DNA of 64,000 nt from Eledone cirrhosa (lineage: Eukaryota), in assembly GCA_964016885.1 (NCBI GenBank), contig OZ024754.1:36208001-36272000 (forward strand), given 5' to 3'. The notes under the pieces are model-generated. The model was not told the origin of the DNA. It saw only the letters and a list, made by a program, of their open reading frames with translations, and did not search any database. The position numbers were made by a program, and so were the translations under genes. Below, piece by piece: positions 47,594 to 61,100 of this stretch; positions within the stretch are counted from its first letter, which is position 1; every line of letters starts with the position of its first letter.

Positions 47594-47820
<227 letters not shown>

Positions 47821-47822
47821 TA

Positions 47823-48023
47823 AGAACGAGTAGGACCCCGAAGCTGAGCTCAAGCCGTTTCGACGGCTAATTCTGGACTAAATGGATGTATGTATTAGCC
47901 GTCGAAACGGCTTGAGCTCAGCCGTCGGGGTCCTACTCGTTCCTATTACCCACTCTACTACCCTAAGTATTGAGTACTTTGGTGCGTTATGGTCCACCTG
48001 GTTCCTTACCACATTTCCTTCGT

Positions 48024-48025
<2 letters not shown>
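47823..48025. mobile_element. Family B fold-back copy
   Basis: Short arm 47823-47878 inverted against 47896-48025; hammerhead 3' half at 47904-47926. Confidence 0.8.
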
Positions 48026-48109
<84 letters not shown>

Positions 48110-48239
48110 ACTGAACAAAAAGGAAAAACGAACACAGACATATATATGTGTTCAAATCGTGTGTCCCGGGTTCAATCGGGGGTAACCACAGTAAGTAAGG
48201 TACTCAAAATATAGCAGAGTATAAATATTTATTATAGAA

Positions 48240-48330
48240 ATGGCTTCTACAGGACTCGAACTGTTTCATTCGGGCTTCCTTCCTGATGATTTCTCCCGAA
48301 TGAAACAGTTCTAGTCCTGTAGAAGCCATA
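48240..48330 (+). mobile_element. Small fold-back with hammerhead-like core
   Basis: 35-bp inverted arms; CTGATGA (48283) - ttc/gaa stem II - GAAAC...GTC (48316); stem I next to the core is not well paired. Confidence 0.5.
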
Positions 48331-48421
48331 TATATATTTTTTTTTATATATATATATATTTATCTGTATATATATATATATATAAGTATGCATGTATACG
48401 TACATACATATATGTATACAG

Positions 48422-51400
48422 ACGTTCAACTATCTGGCAGATGGGTAAACGGTGCTGATGATAGCTAACAAGCTTGAAACTAGTACATCGTTCCTGTGTC
48501 AGTGTTGAACAAAAAGGTGACGTGGTTGCCTTAACACCGTATGGCATAAATTCAGGCTGTTCAGTTTGTTTACAAACGAACAAAGCGACGTTAGCGCCGC
48601 TAAACTGATACGTGCATATATGTATGTGTACCTGTATGCATATGTATGTATATATGTATATATATATATATATGTGCATGCTACTGTACGTCTGTATACA
48701 TATATGTATGTACGTATACATGCATACTTACATTTAAGTAAGTGCCATACTAAGAGTGAGAAATGAAATTTCGTTTTCATTTTGTTTCAATTTATCGTTT
48801 TCGGTATGCCTGACCGATTTAACTCACTCAATATGCAAATTAGGCTGCTCAGCCGTTAATTTTCATAAGGAAAGTATATACTTTCGAACGTTCAACTATC
48901 TGGCAGATGGGTAAACGGTGCTGATGATAGCTAACAAGCTTGAAACTAGTACATCGTTCCTGTGTCAGTGTTGAACAAAAAGGTGACGTGGTTGCCTTAA
49001 CACCGTATGGCATAAATTCAGGCTGTTCAGTTTGTTTACAAACGAACAAAGCGACGTTAGCGCCGCTAAACTGATACGTGCATATATGTATGTGTACCTG
49101 TATGCATATGTATGTATATATGTATATATATATATATATGTGCATGCTACTGTACGTCTGTATACATATATGTATGTACGTATACATGCATACTTACATT
49201 TAAGTAAGTGCCATACTAAGAGTGAGAAATGAAATTTCGTTTTCATTTTGTTTCAATTTATCGTTTTCGGTATGCCTGACCGATTTAACTCACTCAATAT
49301 GCAAATTAGGCTGCTCAGCCGTTAATTTTCATAAGGAAAGTATATACTTTCGAACGTTCAACTATCTGGCAGATGGGTAAACGGTGCTGATGATAGCTAA
49401 CAAGCTTGAAACTAGTACATCGTTCCTGTGTCAGTGTTGAACAAAAAGGTGACGTGGTTGCCTTAACACCGTATGGCATAAATTCAGGCTGTTCAGTTTG
49501 TTTACAAACGAACAAAGCGACGTTAGCGCCGCTAAACTGATACGTGCATATATGTATGTGTACCTGTATGCATATGTATGTATATATGTATATATATATA
49601 TATATGTGCATGCTACTGTACGTCTGTATACATATATGTATGTACGTATACATGCATACTTACATTTAAGTAAGTGCCATACTAAGAGTGAGAAATGAAA
49701 TTTCGTTTTCATTTTGTTTCAATTTATCGTTTTCGGTATGCCTGACCGATTTAACTCACTCAATATGCAAATTAGGCTGCTCAGCCGTTAATTTTCATAA
49801 GGAAAGTATATACTTTCGAACGTTCAACTATCTGGCAGATGGGTAAACGGTGCTGATGATAGCTAACAAGCTTGAAACTAGTACATCGTTCCTGTGTCAG
49901 TGTTGAACAAAAAGGTGACGTGGTTGCCTTAACACCGTATGGCATAAATTCAGGCTGTTCAGTTTGTTTACAAACGAACAAAGCGACGTTAGCGCCGCTA
50001 AACTGATACGTGCATATATGTATGTGTACCTGTATGCATATGTATGTATATATGTATATATATATATATATGTGCATGCTACTGTACGTCTGTATACATA
50101 TATGTATGTACGTATACATGCATACTTACATTTAAGTAAGTGCCATACTAAGAGTGAGAAATGAAATTTCGTTTTCATTTTGTTTCAATTTATCGTTTTC
50201 GGTATGCCTGACCGATTTAACTCACTCAATATGCAAATTAGGCTGCTCAGCCGTTAATTTTCATAAGGAAAGTATATACTTTCGAACGTTCAACTATCTG
50301 GCAGATGGGTAAACGGTGCTGATGATAGCTAACAAGCTTGAAACTAGTACATCGTTCCTGTGTCAGTGTTGAACAAAAAGGTGACGTGGTTGCCTTAACA
50401 CCGTATGGCATAAATTCAGGCTGTTCAGTTTGTTTACAAACGAACAAAGCGACGTTAGCGCCGCTAAACTGATACGTGCATATATGTATGTGTACCTGTA
50501 TGCATATGTATGTATATATGTATATATATATATATATGTGCATGCTACTGTACGTCTGTATACATATATGTATGTACGTATACATGCATACTTACATTTA
50601 AGTAAGTGCCATACTAAGAGTGAGAAATGAAATTTCGTTTTCATTTTGTTTCAATTTATCGTTTTCGGTATGCCTGACCGATTTAACTCACTCAATATGC
50701 AAATTAGGCTGCTCAGCCGTTAATTTTCATAAGGAAAGTATATACTTTCGAACGTTCAACTATCTGGCAGATGGGTAAACGGTGCTGATGATAGCTAACA
50801 AGCTTGAAACTAGTACATCGTTCCTGTGTCAGTGTTGAACAAAAAGGTGACGTGGTTGCCTTAACACCGTATGGCATAAATTCAGGCTGTTCAGTTTGTT
50901 TACAAACGAACAAAGCGACGTTAGCGCCGCTAAACTGATACGTGCATATATGTATGTGTACCTGTATGCATATGTATGTATATATGTATATATATATATA
51001 TATGTGCATGCTACTGTACGTCTGTATACATATATGTATGTACGTATACATGCATACTTACATTTAAGTAAGTGCCATACTAAGAGTGAGAAATGAAATT
51101 TCGTTTTCATTTTGTTTCAATTTATCGTTTTCGGTATGCCTGACCGATTTAACTCACTCAATATGCAAATTAGGCTGCTCAGCCGTTAATTTTCATAAGG
51201 AAAGTATATACTTTCGAACGTTCAACTATCTGGCAGATGGGTAAACGGTGCTGATGATAGCTAACAAGCTTGAAACTAGTACATCGTTCCTGTGTCAGTG
51301 TTGAACAAAAAGGTGACGTGGTTGCCTTAACACCGTATGGCATAAATTCAGGCTGTTCAGTTTGTTTACAAACGAACAAAGCGACGTTAGCGCCGCTAAA

Positions 51401-51587
51401 CTGATACGTGCATATATGTATGTGTACCTGTATGCATATGTATGTATATATGTATATATATATATATATATGTGCATGCTACTGTACGTCTGTATACATA
51501 TATGTATGTACGTATACATGCATACTTACATTTAAGTAAGTGCCATACTAAGAGTGAGAAATGAAATTTCGTTTTCATTTTGTTTCA

Positions 51588-51591
<4 letters not shown>
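48422..51591 (+). mobile_element. Tandem array of a 466-bp hammerhead-containing unit (about 6.8 copies; retrozyme / PLE pLTR-like)
   Basis: Exact 466-bp periodicity (also seen in the ORF track); one type I hammerhead per unit; embedded in (TA)n. Confidence 0.9.
48448..48492 (+). ncRNA. Type I hammerhead ribozyme, first of 7 (others start at 48914, 49380, 49846, 50312, 50778, 51244)
   Basis: aacggug-CUGAUGA-uagc(uaacaa)gcuu-GAAA-c(ua)g-UA^caucguu; stem III region ACUAGU is palindromic; predicted cleavage after 48485. Confidence 0.88.
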
Positions 51592-51647
<56 letters not shown>

Positions 51648-51650
51648 CTG

Positions 51651-51717
<67 letters not shown>

Positions 51718-51730
51718 CTGTATATATATA

Positions 51731-51895
<165 letters not shown>

Positions 51896-51908
51896 CTGTA
51901 TATATATA

Positions 51909-52243
<335 letters not shown>

Positions 52244-52249
<6 letters not shown>

Positions 52250-52522
52250 ATAAACGTGCTGCGTGGTTGCTAATGGGTTACATATGAATAAAGTTAGTCC
52301 TTCATCAGTGATCTTCCAACCATCATTGGTATTTCATCGCTTTAAAGACCATAAATAAAGGGGAAATAAAGGGGATACGAGAGTGACATTCTCGTGTCCC
52401 CTTTATTTACGTGTCCCAACTACTTTTTTTAGCCGTTGCTCGCACCAACCGGAAGTATATGGTCTTTAAAGCGATGAAATACCAATGATGGTTGGAAGAT
52501 CACTGATGAAGGACTAACTTTA

Positions 52523-52529
<7 letters not shown>
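52244..52529. mobile_element. Family F fold-back element in (TA)n with hammerhead 5' half
   Basis: Arms 52282-52353 and 52458-52529; internal hairpin 52363-52408; GAAGATCA-CTGATGA at 52495-52509, shared with 40500-40516 (minus). Confidence 0.7.
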
Positions 52530-52566
<37 letters not shown>

Positions 52567-52726
52567 CATTCATATATATGTTTAATGTACGTCGTGTACA
52601 GCAATCCACAGAAGTTCACATGCATATACTCACAATATGCAAAACCCGTTCTTACAAAACCTACACTCAACGCATACATATATGTATATACACAGACACA
52701 CACACACACATACACACACACACACT

Positions 52727-52800
<74 letters not shown>

Positions 52801-52805
<5 letters not shown>

Positions 52806-52995
52806 AAGTTAAATAAAAGTCAAATGATTAAAATTTAGCTTCGTTTATTACTGCTATATATATTTCAGTGACAGCCATCTTTGGCTGTGACCTCTTCAGG
52901 CAGTTTGAATTAGTATGGTATAGACAAGTACATATGTTGTTTAGGTGTATAATATTGTCAATACTCTGATATGCCCAGTTCCTTGTTGGGTTGTT
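52801..52995 (-). mobile_element. Family D hammerhead element; hammerhead at 52850-52904
   Basis: Nearly identical to 16691-16910. Confidence 0.82.
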
Positions 52996-53001
52996 ATATA
53001 T

Positions 53002-53198
53002 AACAAAGAGGGTGTGGTAAGGAAGAGGTGGACCTTAACGCACCAGAGTACTCGATACTTAGGGTAGTAGAGAGGGTAATAGCCAAAGAGTCAGGACCCC
53101 GACGGCTGAGCTCCGGCCGTTTCGACAGCTAGATATGAACTCAGGTGTAGCCGTCGAAACGGTCGGAGCTCAGCCGTCGGGATCCTGACTCTTTTCCT
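53002..53198. mobile_element. Diverged family B fold-back copy
   Basis: GACCCCGACGGCTGAGCTCCGGCCGTTTCG / CGAAACGGTCGGAGCTCAGCCGTCGGGATCC inverted arms. Confidence 0.75.
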
Positions 53199-53226
53199 AT
53201 ATATATATATATGTATATATATATGT

Positions 53227-53299
<73 letters not shown>

Positions 53300-53444
53300 T
53301 AGCTATCGATCACTATCGATCTCTCACTTTTTCCCTATTAGTCACTATAGATGTATTTAACAACTGACTGTATTTCGTCATAGTAGAAGTATCTGTTCAT
53401 TACTCGTTGTTTATATTGACTGTCTTTGTCTAAAAATATTTCCT

Positions 53445-54782
53445 CATTATTTTATGTAAGAACCTTTGTTAAGTTATGTTCCAAACATCAACTTAATATG
53501 AAAGCTAGTTATATGACTAAATCTCTACAAACTCTTGATTAATTTAAAAATTTATTGAAAATCATAGACAGGGTTTTTTCATTATTTTATGTAAGAACCT
53601 TTGTTATGTTATGTTCCAAATATCAACTTAACGTGAAATCTAGTTATATGACTAAATCTCTACAAATTCTTGATTAATTTCAATATTTATTGAAAATCAT
53701 AGACAGGGTTTTTTCATTATTTTATGTAAGAACCTTTGTTATGTTATGTTCCAAATATCAACTTAATGTGAAATCTAGTTATATGACTAAATCTCTACAA
53801 ACTCTTGATTAATTTCAAAATTTATTGAAAATCATAGACAGGGTTTTTTCATTATTTTATGTAAGAACCTTTGTTATGTTATGTTCCAAATATCAACTTA
53901 ATTTGAAATCTAGTTATATGACTAAATCACAACAAACTCTTGATTAATTTCAAAATTTATTGAAAATCATAGACAGGGTTTTTTCATTATTTTATGTAAG
54001 AACCTTTGTTATGTTATGTTCCAAATATCAACTTAATGTGAAATCTAGTTATATGACTAAATCTCTACAAACTCTTGATTAATTTCAAAATTTATTGAAA
54101 TTCATAGACAGGGTTTTTTCATTATTTTATGTAAGAACCTTTGTTATGTTATGTTCCAAATATCAACTTAATGTGAAAGCTAGTTATATGACTAAATCTC
54201 TACAAACTCTTGATTAATTTCAAAATTTATTGAAAATCATAGACAGGGTTTTTTCATTATTTTATGTAAGAACCTTTGTTATGTTATGTTCCAAATATCA
54301 ACTTAATGTGAAAGCTAGTTATATGACTAAATCTCTACAAACGCTTGATTAATTTCAAAATTTATTGAAAATCATAGACAGGGTTTTTTCATTATTTTAT
54401 GTAAGAACCTTTGTTATGTTCCAAACATCAACTTAATATGAAAGCTAGTTATATGACTAAATCTCTACAAACTCTTGATTAATTTCAAAATTTATTGAAA
54501 ATCATAGACAGGGTTTTTTCATTATTTTATGTAAGAACCTTTGTTATGTTATGTTCCAAATATCAACTTAATGTGAAATCTAGTTATATGACTAAATCTC
54601 TACAAATTCTTGATTAATTTCAAAATTTATTGAAAATCATAGACAGGGTTTTTTCATTATTTTATGTAAGAACCTTTGTTATGTTATGTTCCAAATATCA
54701 ACTTAATGTGAAATCTAGTTATATGACTAAATCTCTACAAATTCTTGATTAATTTCAAAATTTATTGAAAACCATAGACTGG
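53445..54782. repeat. 135-bp AT-rich tandem repeat, 10 copies
   Basis: Unit starts 53445, 53580, 53715, 53850, 53985, 54120, 54255, 54390, 54520 (preceding unit 5 bp shorter), 54655. Confidence 0.95.
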
Positions 54783-55129
54783 GTCTTTCGCTAGAAATAT
54801 GGTAACGAAATATTAAAGGCGCTATAGTGTGATGTGAGAAAAATTGACTATTTTGTCTAGCAGGTCATATGACCATGTAGAGGTCTCCCCTTTGTTGATT
54901 AGTTTTAAAGACGCATGTCGAATGGTTTCATGTTGCTGGTCAATATTGGCAGCTTGAACCATTTTGGAGGAGCAGACGACGTGACAAGAAGCCACGTGAC
55001 CCATCGTGTTGATTGCCATCCACGATAACATGTTTTGACAAGCTGAAATCTATTCTTACTTTTGTTTTTCGTTTGTTTTCTTTGTCTTTTGTTGTTTTTT
55101 TTTTGGCGGAGGGAGGGGTCTTTCGACAC

Positions 55130-56112
55130 CACCCAACTACTCCATAACGGTGGGGTGTCTTTAGATGCCATTAAACTACTCCATAACGGTGGGGGTGTCT
55201 TTAGATGCCATTAAACTACTCCATAACGATGAGGGTATCTTTACAGGCCATTAAACTACTCCATAACGGTGGGGTGTCTTTAGAGGCCATTAAACTACTC
55301 CATAACGATGAGGATGTCTTTAGAGGCCATTAAACTACTCCATAACGGTGGGATGTCTTTAGATACCATTAAACTACTCCATAACGGTGGGGGTGTCTTT
55401 AGAGGCCATTAAACTACTCCATAACGATGAGGGTATCTTTAGAGACCATTAAACTACTCCATAACGGTGAGGATGTCTTTAGAGGCCATTAAACTACTCC
55501 ATAACGGTGGGGTGTCTTTAGATGCCATTAAACTACTCCATAACGGTGGGGGTGTCTTCAGAGGCCATTAAACTACTCCATAACGATGAGGGTATCTTTA
55601 GAGACCATTAAACTACTCCATAACGGTGGGGGTGTCTTTAGATGCCATTAAACTACTCCATAACGGTGAGGATGTCTTTAGAGGCCATTAAACTACTCCA
55701 TAACGGTGGGGTGTCTTTAGATGCCATTAAACTACTCCATAACGGTGGGGGTGTCTTCAGAGGCCATTAAACTACTCCATAACGATGAGGGTATCTTTAG
55801 AGGCCATTAAACTACTCCATAACGGTGGGGGTGTCTTTAGATGCCATTAAACTACTCCATAACGGTGGGGGTGGGGTGTCTTTAGAGGCCATTAAACCAC
55901 TCCATAACGATGAGGGTATCTTTAAAGGCCATTAAACCACTCCATAAGGATGAGGGTATCTTTAGAGGCCATTAAACTACTCCATAACGGTGGGGTGTCT
56001 TTAGATGCCATCCAACTACTCCATGACGGTGAGAGGGATGTCTTTAGACATCGTTCAGCTCCTCCATGACGGGGGGGGGGGGGTCTTTCGACGCCATTCA
56101 CCTACTCCATAA
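55130..56112. repeat. About 40-bp minisatellite, about 24 copies
   Basis: CCATTAAACTACTCCATAACGGTGGGGGTGTCTTTAGA(T/G)G with alternating variants. Confidence 0.95.
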
Positions 56113-56139
56113 CCAGCTTCGTTTCAGAAAGATGTCTTT

Positions 56140-56497
56140 CGACGGAAGGTCGGGGGAAGAAGTTATGTCACCCAGTATATTTGCTAAAACGTGGGTGAAT
56201 GTGGCGAGAATGGCCCGTGTCAATGGGCTAACTCTGCACATGCGCATGTAGGCTAGTTAATTTGAGGAAAAGAGGAGTGCCCTTCCCGTGAGCCCTCGAA
56301 GTGTCGGGTAGCTCAGGATTGATGGGGTACCTGAGTCGCCCTTGGGTAGTTATCCTCCTATTGGGAAACTGTTGTTTGTATTTCTCTTGTTTATTGTTAC
56401 TATATTATTTTTACTCGATTTCATTGTAAAACCCAACTGTCACTGCCATAGTAATGTCCCCTATATGTTGGCCCTTGTGGCCAATTATTATTATTAT
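56140..56497 (+). mobile_element. 3' end of LINE ORF2 plus 3'UTR (probably Tx1/L1-like)
   Basis: EEVMSPSIFAKTWVNVARMARVNGLTLHMRM* then a UTR ending GGCCCTTGTGGCCAA(TTA)n; clade assignment tentative. Confidence 0.55.
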
Positions 56498-56504
56498 TTG
56501 GCAA

Positions 56505-56950
56505 TATTATAAAATAAAGTACCAGTAATGCACTGGGTAATTGCTGGCCTTGTGCCTAAAGTAGAAACAATTATTATTATTTGGCAATCTGAGTTCAAAT
56601 CCCGCCGAGGTTAACTTTGCCTTTCATCCTTACGGGGTCGATAAAATAAAGTACCAGTAATACACTGGGATAATTGCTGGCCTTGTGCCAAAAGTAGAAA
56701 CAATTATTATTATTATTATCATAGGGCGGTGGATTGGCAGTATCGGTACCAGGTCGGACGCCATACTTTACAGCATAGAGTTACGGCCCTTTATGATCTG
56801 AGTTCAAATCCCGCCGAGATTAGCTTTGCCTTTTATCTTTACGGGGTCGATAAAATAAAGTACCAGTCACGCACTGGGGTCGATTTAGTCGACTTTTCCT
56901 TTCCCCAAAATTGCTGGCCTTGTGCCTATATAAGAAACAATAATTATTAT
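56505..56950 (+). mobile_element. Cluster of Nin-type SINE copies
   Basis: Two partial copies and one full copy joined through (TTA)n. Confidence 0.82.
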
Positions 56951-56953
56951 TCG

Positions 56954-57292
56954 TGTGGGCCTACTCTGACCATGCGCCTATAGGCTAGCTAACTTGAGGA
57001 GAGGGGTGCTCTCCGTGGATGCCCTAGAAGCGCAGGGTGGGTCAGGATTGGTGGGGTATCTGAGACACCCCTGGGTCGTCCACCCCCCCCCCCCCCCCGC
57101 TATAGGGGAATTTATTTTGTTATATTTATGCATAGTTTATTTTATATTTTTTATATCTTCATTGTTAAATTAGTCTTGCCATTGTGCACTTTTACTCGAG
57201 CTTATTGTAAACCCCCACTGTCCCTGTCTTTGTATTGTCCCCTACATGTCGGCGCTTGTGGCTAATAAATGAAATCATTATCATTATTATTA
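56954..57292 (+). mobile_element. 3'UTR copy of the same LINE family
   Basis: Matches the reverse complement of 1008-1310; AATAAA plus (ATT)n tail. Confidence 0.65.
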
Positions 57293-57294
57293 CA

Positions 57295-57492
57295 GGGCGG
57301 TGGATTGGTAGTATCGGTAGAGGGTCGGACGCCATGCTTTGCAGCAAAGAGTTATGGCCCTTTATGGTCTGAGTTCAAGTCCCGCCGAGTTTAACTTTGC
57401 CTTTCATCCTTACTACGGGGTCGATAAAATAAAGTACCAGAAATACACTGGGATAATTGCTGGCCTTGAGCCAAACGTAGAAACAATTATTA
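57295..57492 (+). mobile_element. Full-length Nin-type SINE
   Basis: Head, B-box, core and tail present. Confidence 0.85.
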
Positions 57493-57689
57493 CAAAAAAT
57501 CATTACGACTGCTACTGCTGTTGTTGTGTGTGTTTTTTTCTGTTCTCGCGGGTGGTTCCTTTGACACGCAGAGCAAATGTTTGTGGAACAGGAAGACAGT
57601 TGCAAATATTGCAGCAGAATTTTCTAATTGGGAGAGAGGAAATAATTGAATGCACATATGCAATCACACGTTTAAACAAGTATTTGCAT

Positions 57690-57822
57690 ATTATATATAT
57701 TATATATATATACATATATATTTATATATATATATATATTATATATATATATTATATATATATATATATATGTTATATATATATTTTATTTATATATATA
57801 TATAATATATATATTATATATA

Positions 57823-57877
<55 letters not shown>

Positions 57878-57962
57878 GTATATAATATATATATATTATA
57901 TATATATATATATATTATATATATATATTATATTTATATATATATTATATATATATATATAT

Positions 57963-58056
<94 letters not shown>

Positions 58057-58293
58057 TATATATATATATATATATGTGTATATGTATGTATATTATCTCT
58101 TTCTCTTAATTTCGAGTATATTTTTTTTGACAGGCCACCTTCCTGGTGGCAAGGCTGTAAAAGAAAAGAAATTGTCATCCCTTGAATCGCAAGAATGTTT
58201 TGCAAATTTTGAAGGTGCCAGCTATCGCAGCCATTTGTAGACTATGAATTAGGGAGCTGTCCTCTTTGTCCGCAAATCCAAGTTCAGTCATAC

Positions 58294-58324
<31 letters not shown>

Positions 58325-58354
58325 TGTATATGTGAGTGTGCGTTTGTTTGTATG

Positions 58355-58403
<49 letters not shown>

Positions 58404-58414
58404 TATATATATAT

Positions 58415-58458
<44 letters not shown>

Positions 58459-58596
58459 ATTTCATATATATATATATATGTATTTCATATATATATATAT
58501 ATATGTGTATATATATATTTGTATAATATATATAATGTATATATATATATATAAATATATATATATGTATTTCATATATATATACATATATATATG

Positions 58597-58690
<94 letters not shown>

Positions 58691-58844
58691 ATGGAAGTCG
58701 AATAATTGAAATTACAGCTGAGAATGAATCCTTGTTTATAAACCTAAAAGCATTACATAGAGTCACATAAAACATGTTTATTCAGCATTAGTGGGATATA
58801 TCATTTGTTATATATATATACACACACACATATATATATGTATA

Positions 58845-58883
<39 letters not shown>

Positions 58884-58979
58884 GTATATAAACACACATA
58901 TATATATATATATAAATATATATGTGTATATATGCATGAATGTATATGTGTGTGTGTGTGTACAAACATACATTCTTAT

Positions 58980-59042
<63 letters not shown>

Positions 59043-59141
59043 AGAGAGAGAGAGAGAGGGAGGGAGGGAAAGAAAGAGAGAGAGAGAGAAAAGGTGATAT
59101 ATATATATGTGTATATATACATATATATATCTCTTTCTTAC

Positions 59142-59174
<33 letters not shown>

Positions 59175-59175
59175 C

Positions 59176-59270
<95 letters not shown>

Positions 59271-59350
59271 TTGGGATGTGAACATATCTAAGTGTACTCG
59301 AAGTTTGTTATAGATTGACGAATATATAAACAGATAAAAAACCTTGCAAA

Positions 59351-59386
<36 letters not shown>

Positions 59387-59678
59387 AGATGCAAAGAATA
59401 AAAACTAAACGATAAAAAGATGAAAGAGAGGACGAGGGAAGATATGAAACGTGTGTAAATAAAGGAAGAAAAGAAAGAAAAGAAAAGATGGAAATATTTG
59501 AATATTGCGGAGATAAATACACAATAAAGTGGAATTTGAAAAGTTGGTTTGTTTGCTGACAATAAATCAAAATTCTCTTGGAGGCACGGAAATGAAAAAA
59601 TGAAAATCTCTGTCAACGGTGATATGTGTGTATGTATATATATATATATATATGTAAGTATGAATGTATATATATACT

Positions 59679-59737
<59 letters not shown>

Positions 59738-59766
59738 ATATATATTTATATATATATGTATATATG

Positions 59767-59799
<33 letters not shown>

Positions 59800-59844
59800 G
59801 TATGTATATATATATGTGTGTATATATATTTATATATATATGTA

Positions 59845-59901
<57 letters not shown>

Positions 59902-60198
59902 GTATATATATATATATTTATATATATATATGTATATATGTATATATATATGTGTATGTATATATATATGTGTGTGTGTGTGTATATATATTTATATATA
60001 TATGTATATATATATATATACATATATTTATTATATATATGTATGTATATATGTGTGTGTATACATATATCTTCATATATACATACATACATTAATATAT
60101 ATATATATATGATACATGTATATATATGTATACATATGTTTGTTAATGTTTGATATATATATATATATATATATATAAGTATACATATGTTTGTTTAT

Positions 60199-60248
<50 letters not shown>
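57690..60248. repeat. (TA)n-dominated region with short unique islands
   Basis: Directly visible. Confidence 0.9.
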
Positions 60249-60250
<2 letters not shown>

Positions 60251-60917
60251 ACCAGCACGAAACATTTCATTATAACTTGATAACTTCATTCCAGAAAGAA
60301 ACTAAATATTAGACACGCAGTACCCCATCACATACACATTAAATAAATATTTAATAAATGTTCGCATGTTTAGCGTTAACAAATATGTATCAGTTATTAA
60401 TATATTCATATGTTTCAATTAATATATTCATATGTAGCGTCATATTCATCCACTTGATAATATTTTAAGCTGCATGCAAATAATACAAATAATAATGATT
60501 GAATTCCTGATACTGATCGTAAAGCACGTCTCTTTTTTTGACATATTTTAACATTTCTGTGCCTGATATCTTTTCATTACATTCATTTCATCTAATATAT
60601 AAGAACGAGCCCTCATCATCCCGATAGATAATTTTGACTGGTTCTTCCAGCGTATCTACTTCACTATCCGAACATGTAAAGCTTTTACAATTCTGTTGGT
60701 TGGGACACGAGGTAATATCCACCTGAGGTTATACTTCGGAAACACAGAACACGGGAATAATTAAGGAAGTAATAGAAGGAACATTTAAGTATTCTATGAA
60801 TTTTATGTTTTTATTCATCAGAAAAATATATTGTAAATATCCGATGTTTATGACGAGAATTAAACGAATAGATAAGAACAATATAGATTTTTGATTCTTT
60901 TTTTTTATAAACGTTAT

Positions 60918-61100
60918 ATTGGCAGTATCGGTAGAGGGTCGGACGCCATGCTTTGCAGCATGAGAGTTACGGCCCTTATCATTCTGAGTTCAAATCCCGC
61001 CGAGGTTAACTTTGCCTTTCATCCTTACGGGGTCGATAAAATAAAATACCAGTAATGCACTGGAGGTAATTGCTGGCCTTGTGCCAAAAGTAGAAATAGT
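60918..61100 (+). mobile_element. Nin-type SINE
   Basis: TTGGCAGTATCGG...GAGTTCAAATCC...core. Confidence 0.85.

Noticed and set aside
48344-51578. Repeated 66-125 aa ORFs in the 466-bp array
   Set aside because: Dominated by TA-repeat-derived Y/I/H residues with no recognisable domain; the conserved signal is RNA structure
58133-58240. Possible exon after a polypyrimidine-AG (HLPGGKAVKEKK...)
   Set aside because: Short, no recognisable homology, and no partner exons
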